Source of the DNA: an uncultured Microthrixaceae bacterium
GTDB lineage: Bacteria; Actinomycetota; Acidimicrobiia; Acidimicrobiales; DATDAH01
NCBI GenBank assembly: GCA_963823495.1
Contig: CAWGLV010000001.1
Coordinates: 3,372,561-3,436,560, forward strand
Length of the DNA stretch: 64,000 bases
Direction of reading: 5' to 3'
Position numbers and translations under genes: made by a program. Below are positions 58,413 through 64,000 of this stretch, piece after piece (the first letter of the stretch is position 1; each line of letters begins with the position of its first letter). The notes under the pieces were generated by a model, which worked only from the letters and a program-made list of their open reading frames with translations, had not been told where the DNA came from and made no database searches.

Positions 58413-58612
58413 CGGGTCACCGCCTCACGGCGGGCCGCGGCGGGCGCCAGCATCAGGGCACCGAGCGAGTGGATCGAGGGGACCCAGAGTCCCACGAAGA
58501 TGCCCATCTCCTGGTTCTCGGCGATGAAGTAGAGCCAGACCGAGAGCAGGAACGAGGCGAAGGCGGCGAAGAGGAACGGCGCCTTCAACCGCAGGTTGTT
58601 GTCGTGGCGCAC
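58409..58612 (-). CDS. Small two-TM membrane protein (67 aa)
   Basis: AAGGAGGT RBS; FAAFASFLLSVWLYF...GIFVGLWVPSI. Confidence 0.7.
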   Translation of the reverse strand: MRHDNNLRLKAPFLFAAFASFLLSVWLYFIAENQEMGIFVGLWVPSIHSLGALMLAPAAARREAVTR

Positions 58613-58661
58613 GGGCCACCTCCTTGATCGGGATTGCTCGTGCCAACGAACTTAGCACTAA

Positions 58662-59534
58662 TTACATTCCCTCGTCCCGGTCAGCCTCCGGGAACGCCAC
58701 CTCGCCGTCGCGCAGGACGGCGGTCCAGAGGTAGTAACCATCGGTCTCGGCGGACTCGATGCGCTCGACCGCGCCCTCGGGGACGTCGCCCAGGGCGTCG
58801 CCGGCGACCGCCAGGACCTCACCGGTGTGGTCGATCGTCCCGGTGACGCCGTAGTGGTACACCATCGCCGCCCGCAGGTTGTCCGAGACGTTGTCCTTGG
58901 ACCGGTGCATGAGGTGGCTGTCGAAGACCAGGACGTCGCCCGGCTCCATGAGCACGCAGACCTCGTCATCCATGTCGTGGTCGACGATCTCGACATAGCC
59001 GAAGTTGGCCGACTCCCGCGTGTCGGGCACGTGGTCGTGGACCGCTTCCCGGTGCGAGCCGGGCAGGACCCAGAGCGGCCCGTTGTCCGGGGTCGCCGCC
59101 GTCACGGCGATCCACACGCCGACCTGGTGATCGGGCTCGAAGGGGAAGTAGAAGCTGTCCTGGTGCCAGGGTTGGCCGATGGCCCCCGGGTTCTTGAAGA
59201 TGAACTGGCTGAGGAAGCAGTCGAGGTCGGGGCCAAGCAGGTCGGTCACCGCCGCCAGGATGCGGGGGTCGCGGCTGACCGGGCCGAAGACGGGATCCCA
59301 GTGATGCAGCAGGAAGACCTTGGAGACCTCGTCCTCGGGCCGGGTCGCGCCGGGCCAGGAGTTCTTCTCGGGCGCGACGAAGGCGCCCCGGGGCAGGCGC
59401 TCCCCCGCGGCCTCCAGGCGGCACAGCTCGATCGCCCGGTCCAGCTGGGCCTTCACCAGCGGCGGGTCGAGCAGATGGCGCAGGATGACGAATCCGTCCC
59501 GCTCCCACTGCTCTCGTTGTTCGGCGGTCAGCAC
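58662..59534 (-). CDS. Phytanoyl-CoA dioxygenase (PhyH) family protein
   Basis: WERDGF, WHQD, WIA, NGPL.V.PGSH, PGDVLVF...HRS..N. Confidence 0.9.
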   Translation of the reverse strand: MLTAEQREQWERDGFVILRHLLDPPLVKAQLDRAIELCRLEAAGERLPRGAFVAPEKNSWPGATRPEDEVSKVFLLHHWDPVFGPVSRDPRILAAVTDLLGPDLDCFLSQFIFKNPGAIGQPWHQDSFYFPFEPDHQVGVWIAVTAATPDNGPLWVLPGSHREAVHDHVPDTRESANFGYVEIVDHDMDDEVCVLMEPGDVLVFDSHLMHRSKDNVSDNLRAAMVYHYGVTGTIDHTGEVLAVAGDALGDVPEGAVERIESAETDGYYLWTAVLRDGEVAFPEADRDEGM

Positions 59535-59634
59535 CGCGGGGACAGTAGTGAGACAGTTGGGGGGTGAGCGCAGCGGAGGCACAGCGGCGGTCCGCGTCCA
59601 GTGCTCGAGGGGCCGGGAAGGGCGGGGCCGGTCG

Positions 59635-60435
59635 GTGAGCTGGTTCATGCGGCCCGACAAGTGGCCGATCACACCGGGCGACTGGCTCAAGGTGGTCGAC
59701 GAACTGGCCCGCGCCCCCACCCGGGTCCTGCTCGAGACCTTCGCCTCCGTGGCCGACGCCATGGTGGGCAAGGAGGTCGAGCTGCGCTCGGCGACCGGCG
59801 CGATCACTCTGGACGTCGATGCCATCGTGGGAACGCACTCGGCCCCGCCGGTCGCCCTGGGGGCGCTACGTCCCGGACTCGACCTGGAAGGCCTCGAGGA
59901 GGTCGACATCACCGTTCACGACGTGCGCTGGGACGGCGGCCGCATCGACCGGCTCTGGGTGCAGGCCAGCAACGTGCACCTCGAGGGAGGCGTGGTGGCC
60001 AAGGTCGTGGCCGGCCCCGTCAGCCTGGCCGGCGAGGTGGATCAGGCCACCCTCGACGAGTGGCTGGAGCGCCAGGGCGCCCCGCTCCGGGTCGTGCTCG
60101 ACGGGATCGACCGGGCAACGGTGCACCAGCGAGGACTGTCCGCCGAGGTCTCCGCCGAGTTGGACGGCGAGGAGGTGCGGTTCCGTGCCCACCGCGTCCG
60201 ATGGCTCGGCGTCCCCCTTCCCCTCGCTCACCGGTTCGTGGCCGAGCGGCGGGCCACGGTCCCACCCCTGCCCCGGGGTCTGCGCCTGACGGGACTGTCG
60301 GCCGACCCCGGCGTGCTGCGGGCGACCGCTGTGGTCGACGACTTCCGGGAGCCGCTGCTCGTCGAATCCGTCCTCCGGGCGGCCTCGACCGTCGGCCAGC
60401 ACGTCGTGCTCAACCGGGCCACGCAGGGTCGCTGA
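59635..60435 (+). CDS. Hypothetical LmeA/DUF2993-like protein
   Basis: VAGPV, DEW and PPLPRGLRL segments parallel those of 6635..7309. Confidence 0.5.
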   Translation: MSWFMRPDKWPITPGDWLKVVDELARAPTRVLLETFASVADAMVGKEVELRSATGAITLDVDAIVGTHSAPPVALGALRPGLDLEGLEEVDITVHDVRWDGGRIDRLWVQASNVHLEGGVVAKVVAGPVSLAGEVDQATLDEWLERQGAPLRVVLDGIDRATVHQRGLSAEVSAELDGEEVRFRAHRVRWLGVPLPLAHRFVAERRATVPPLPRGLRLTGLSADPGVLRATAVVDDFREPLLVESVLRAASTVGQHVVLNRATQGR

Positions 60436-60506
60436 CCCTGGGGGACGCCGTTCCGGCTCCAGCGCCGGGTTCCTGGCCACACCGGGCTGGACCCGGAAGC
60501 GAGGCC

Positions 60507-61721
60507 TCAGGATGCGGCGGCGAGGCGGGCCGCGTGGGTCGAGTGGAGCCAGGCCAGCCAACGGGCCACGCCGTTGACGACGTGGGTGGCCCGCACCGAG
60601 TGGAACGTGTCGAAGGCGTGCTGGGCGGCCGGCAGCTCGGCGTAGGTGACCGGCTGGCGGCCCGACGCCCGGAGCGCGTCGACGAAGACCCGGGCCTCGG
60701 TGACGAGGGCCATCGAGTCGAAGGTCCCGTGCAGGACGAAGAACGGCGGGGCGTGGGGTCCGACCTGGGCGATGGGTGACGCCGCGTCCCATGCGTCCGG
60801 GCAGGCCGAGGGTGGGCACTTCATCACCACCCGGCGCAGGAAGCCCTCCAGGCGGTGGCGACCCCGGGCCCGATGCCGGTCGAGGAAGTCGTAGATGCCG
60901 TAGTGCGGGACACAGCCCTGCACGTCGGTCTCGGGGTCGAGGGCGGCCAGCGCCGCCAGGTGGCCTCCGGCCGAGCCGCCGGTCAGCACGATGAAGTCCG
61001 GGTCGGCACCGAGGTCCTCGGCGTGGGCCCGGACCCAGGCGACGGCGGCCTTCACGTCGTCGAGGTGGTCGGGGAAGGTGGCCGCGGGGCTGAGTCGGTA
61101 GTTGATCGACACCACCGCCCACCCCTGCCGGGCCAGGTGCCAGGTCAGCGGCTTGGCCTGGCGCTCCTTGCGCCCGTGCATCCACGAGCCCCCGTGGATC
61201 TGGATCACGGTCGGCGCCCGGCCGATGGGGCCACGGCGGCGGTGGACGTCGAGGGTGTTGCGCTCCCCGTGCGGCCCGTAGGACAGGTCTCGGACGGTCT
61301 CGACCTCGCCCGACTCGTGGCGGAAGGGTCGCCGCAGCAGACCTCGGGGGACGCCATCGCGCAGCGCCCCCGACCACGCCGGGGCGATGACGTCCCGGTA
61401 GTCGGCACCCAGACCGTCGACGAGGGCGGCCTCCAGCACCGGTTCGGCCTGCCGCGCCCGGTGATGCGCCAGGAGGAGCCCCGCCGCGCTCAGCGCCATG
61501 AGGCCGAGCCCCAGCTGGCCCCGCGGCGGGGCCGTGGCGCCGCTCGCCCCGGCGACCGCCACCACGACTGCCTGCCAGGCGAGGTGGACGAGCGCGAGCT
61601 CCCCGGTCAACCAGCCGGCGAGGAACCACACCATGGCGAAGGGAGGCCGCCCCCGGAAGGTGGCCAGGAACGCGTGGCCCGCGCAGAGGACGCCGATGAG
61701 GAAGAAGGCCTCGGGGCTCAC
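60507..61721 (-). CDS. Alpha/beta hydrolase (HSL-type esterase) with N-terminal TM segments
   Basis: IHGGSW, NYRLSP, GGSAGGHL, HG..D, QHAFD. Confidence 0.9.
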   Translation of the reverse strand: MSPEAFFLIGVLCAGHAFLATFRGRPPFAMVWFLAGWLTGELALVHLAWQAVVVAVAGASGATAPPRGQLGLGLMALSAAGLLLAHHRARQAEPVLEAALVDGLGADYRDVIAPAWSGALRDGVPRGLLRRPFRHESGEVETVRDLSYGPHGERNTLDVHRRRGPIGRAPTVIQIHGGSWMHGRKERQAKPLTWHLARQGWAVVSINYRLSPAATFPDHLDDVKAAVAWVRAHAEDLGADPDFIVLTGGSAGGHLAALAALDPETDVQGCVPHYGIYDFLDRHRARGRHRLEGFLRRVVMKCPPSACPDAWDAASPIAQVGPHAPPFFVLHGTFDSMALVTEARVFVDALRASGRQPVTYAELPAAQHAFDTFHSVRATHVVNGVARWLAWLHSTHAARLAAAS

Positions 61722-61803
61722 CCTGGGATCATCGGACGCCCGGCCGGGCAGTTCAGGGCCCGAGGGTCGACCCTGACGATCGCGGCCCCGCCGGCATCGA
61801 TGC

Positions 61804-62157
61804 TCAGGCCGAGGTCTGCCGTCGGAGACGGTCGGCCATCGACCGCATGATCCGCACGGCGAAGTCCGGTTGTTCGGCGATCAGGTGCTCGAAGCGGGCC
61901 CGTGAGATCTCCGCGACCCGGCTCTCGGTCACCGCGGTGACGGTGGCCGACCGCGGGGCCGACTCGATGAGGGCCATCTCACCGAACGAGTCGCCTTCGG
62001 TGACGGTCTCCAGGACGACACCGCGCTTGGTGATCGAGAGCTCACCTTCGATGACGACGTACATCTGCTCCGCGGCGTCGCCCTCGCAGAACACCGTCTC
62101 GCCGGGCAGGCAGACGACCGCCCCCTGGTCACGACGGGTGATTCCGGATCCGGGCAT
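61804..62157 (-). CDS. Stand-alone cyclic-nucleotide-binding domain protein
   Basis: FGEMALI...PRSATV phosphate-binding cassette; no HTH. Confidence 0.85.
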   Translation of the reverse strand: MPGSGITRRDQGAVVCLPGETVFCEGDAAEQMYVVIEGELSITKRGVVLETVTEGDSFGEMALIESAPRSATVTAVTESRVAEISRARFEHLIAEQPDFAVRIMRSMADRLRRQTSA

Positions 62158-62343
62158 GGGTCCCTTTCTCGACCGAGGGCCCGAAAGTAGCCCCCGACAG
62201 GCCGGCTCCCCCCCGACGGCCTGCCGATCGCGGTCACCGGTCCCCAACCGCGATGACCGTCGGCCGCCGCGGCCCTGCTCGTCACCGGGCCGAGCGCCCG
62301 CCGCCTGCGTCCCGGCCAGCCCGCCCCGCGCGCCGGTGTCCGC

Positions 62344-63351
62344 TCAGGCGTCGATGACGGCGGCCGCGACCCGGCGGCGGTGCCACCGGGCGTCGCCCCA
62401 CGCGGGGCTGAGCGCCCACACCTTCTTCATCCAGAGGTGGAGGTCCGACTCGAACGTGTAGCCGATGGCGCCGTGGACCTGGAGGGCGACCCGGGCGGCC
62501 TGCTCGGCGGCGTCGCCGGCCATCGCCTTGGCCATCGACACGTCGCGTGGGGTGGTCGGTTGACCGGTGGCGAGCGACCAGGCCGCCCGGTACACCGCGG
62601 GGGCGGCGAACTCGACGGCGAGGAGCGTCGACGCCAGGTGGTGCTTGACGGCCTGGAAGCCGCCGATGGGCTGGCCGAACTGCCGGCGCTCCTTGGCGTA
62701 CTCGACGGTCACCTCGACCAGGTGTCGGGCGATGCCGACCAGAGCGGCCGCGGTGCCGAACACCATCCGGTCGAACGGGTCGGTCGTCACCTGGGCCACA
62801 GGCTCGGGGGACGGCCGATCCGGCACCGCCGCGGACGGCGACGGATCGGGCGGGCCACCGCCGGTGACGTCGCCCACCCGCACGAGCCGCCGCGCCCGGT
62901 CGACCGAAGGCTGGGCGTGCAGCCGCGCCGGGCCGGGCCAGACCTCACTCCCGATGACCACCAGCTCCGCCGAGGCGGCCCCGGCCACGTGCCCGGCGTC
63001 GGCCGGCGCCGCCGTGACCCGCGCCTCACCCGCGGCGACCCGCGACGCGAGGTGGCCGGGCAGCAGTGGGGCGAGCAGGGCCGACTCCATGAGGGGCTCG
63101 GGCAGCGCGGCCCGACCGGCCTCCTCCAGGAGCAGCACGAGGTCGACCTCGGTCAGGCCCAGACCTCCGTCGGCCTCCGGAACCAGCAGGCCGACGACGC
63201 CCATGTCGGCCAGGGCCGACCAGCGGTCACGGTCCCAGGGGTCCTCGGCCTCCCACGCGGCCCGCACGGCTCCCGGTGGGCAGATGCCGGCCAGCAGGTC
63301 CCGAACGGCGTCCCGGAACGCCTCCTGGTCCTCGGAGAACGCGAACTCCAT
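62344..63351 (-). CDS. Acyl-CoA dehydrogenase family protein (short subunit)
   Basis: MEFAFSEDQ, RRQFGQPIGGFQAVKH, QVHGAIGYT.E. Confidence 0.9.
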   Translation of the reverse strand: MEFAFSEDQEAFRDAVRDLLAGICPPGAVRAAWEAEDPWDRDRWSALADMGVVGLLVPEADGGLGLTEVDLVLLLEEAGRAALPEPLMESALLAPLLPGHLASRVAAGEARVTAAPADAGHVAGAASAELVVIGSEVWPGPARLHAQPSVDRARRLVRVGDVTGGGPPDPSPSAAVPDRPSPEPVAQVTTDPFDRMVFGTAAALVGIARHLVEVTVEYAKERRQFGQPIGGFQAVKHHLASTLLAVEFAAPAVYRAAWSLATGQPTTPRDVSMAKAMAGDAAEQAARVALQVHGAIGYTFESDLHLWMKKVWALSPAWGDARWHRRRVAAAVIDA

Positions 63352-63370
63352 CAGCCCCACCCCCGTCCAC

Positions 63371-63419
63371 CGAATTGCGTCGATCGGTCGCCCCTGAGCG
63401 GACCAACCGACGCAGTTTC
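63371..63419. repeat. 49-bp palindromic element
   Basis: CGAATTGCGTCGATCGGTC...GACCAACCGACGCAGTTTC. Confidence 0.85.
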
Positions 63420-63436
63420 GGGGCATGGGCGCATGG

Positions 63437-64000
63437 TCAGACCCTCGGGAGGCCGAGGACGCGTTCGGCCACGACGTTGCGCTGGATCTCGTTGGTGCCG
63501 GCGTAGATGGGACCGGCCAGAGAGAAGAGCCACCCGTCGAGCCAACGACCGTCGTCGGGGGCGTCGTCGCTGTCGAGGCCCAGTTCGGCCTCCGGGCCGA
63601 CCAGGCGCTGGGCGGTCTCGTTGAGGTGGACGTCCAACTCGGACCACCAGAGCTTCATGAGACTGGCCTCGGCCCCCATGGGCCGGCCGGTCTGCAGCAT
63701 CCGGCTGATGGCCTGGAAGGTCAGCAGCCGGTAGGCCTCGGCGTCCATCCAGGCCTGGGCGACCTCGTCCCGCAGGTACCCGTCGGGGTACCGCCGGTAG
63801 AGGTCGATGAGGCGGTCGACGGCGGCCATGAACCGCCCGGGGCTGCGGAGGGTCAGGCCCCGCTCGGAGGAGGCCGTGGCCATGGCGACCCGCCACCCCT
63901 CGTCGACCCCGCCCAACACGTTGGCCGACGGCACCCGGACGTCCTCCAGGAAGACCTCGGCGAAGGCCACGTCGTCGTGCAGCCCGCTGATGGGGCGGAC
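63437..64000 (-). CDS. Acyl-CoA dehydrogenase family protein, 5' part outside the window
   Basis: FAEVFLEDVRVP, GW.VAM, IYAGTNEIQRNVVAERVLGLP. Confidence 0.9.
   Translation of the reverse strand, partial: VRPISGLHDDVAFAEVFLEDVRVPSANVLGGVDEGWRVAMATASSERGLTLRSPGRFMAAVDRLIDLYRRYPDGYLRDEVAQAWMDAEAYRLLTFQAISRMLQTGRPMGAEASLMKLWWSELDVHLNETAQRLVGPEAELGLDSDDAPDDGRWLDGWLFSLAGPIYAGTNEIQRNVVAERVLGLPRV

Noticed and set aside
123-63896. Many long alternative-frame ORFs (e.g. 7757..10237, 53208..55853, 36121..38202, 4409..6481)
   Set aside because: Arg/Pro/Gly-rich shadow or antisense frames of well-supported genes, expected at this GC content
1-64000. CRISPR array or cas genes
   Set aside because: The repeated hairpins are dispersed or in pairs, not regularly spaced with unique spacers; no Cas-like ORF was seen

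Overview
High-GC actinobacterial chromosome segment. Gene content and style suggest Acidimicrobiia, which is an inference. Most of the window is ordinary metabolism: a sugar/G3P-type ABC transporter, lutABC, WS/DGAT, a thiolase, enoyl-CoA hydratases, SDRs, acyl-CoA dehydrogenases, MMPL/TetR, GH20, kynureninase, acetolactate synthase, and gltX followed by tRNA-Gln(CTG) and tRNA-Glu(CTC). Three things stand out. (1) A dispersed family of at least 15 intergenic 49-50 bp hairpin elements has fixed length and conserved ends but covarying stems. One pair directly follows an orphan PD-(D/E)xK-like nuclease gene, and one copy sits exactly where a gene has lost its 5' end. (2) A ~4.5 kb integrase-less island lies at tRNA-Glu, with a 48-bp att duplication, paired TGTGGGA arm-like sites, a terminase-small-subunit-like HTH gene, a truncated nuclease and surface-protein cargo. 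Scars of earlier integrations lie next to it. (3) Three paralogous membrane-anchored Thr-linker/Excalibur-like proteins share a conserved leaderless promoter, and one of them is inside the island. No CRISPR array, rRNA or intact transposase/integrase was seen. All calls come from reading motifs by eye, with no database searches.
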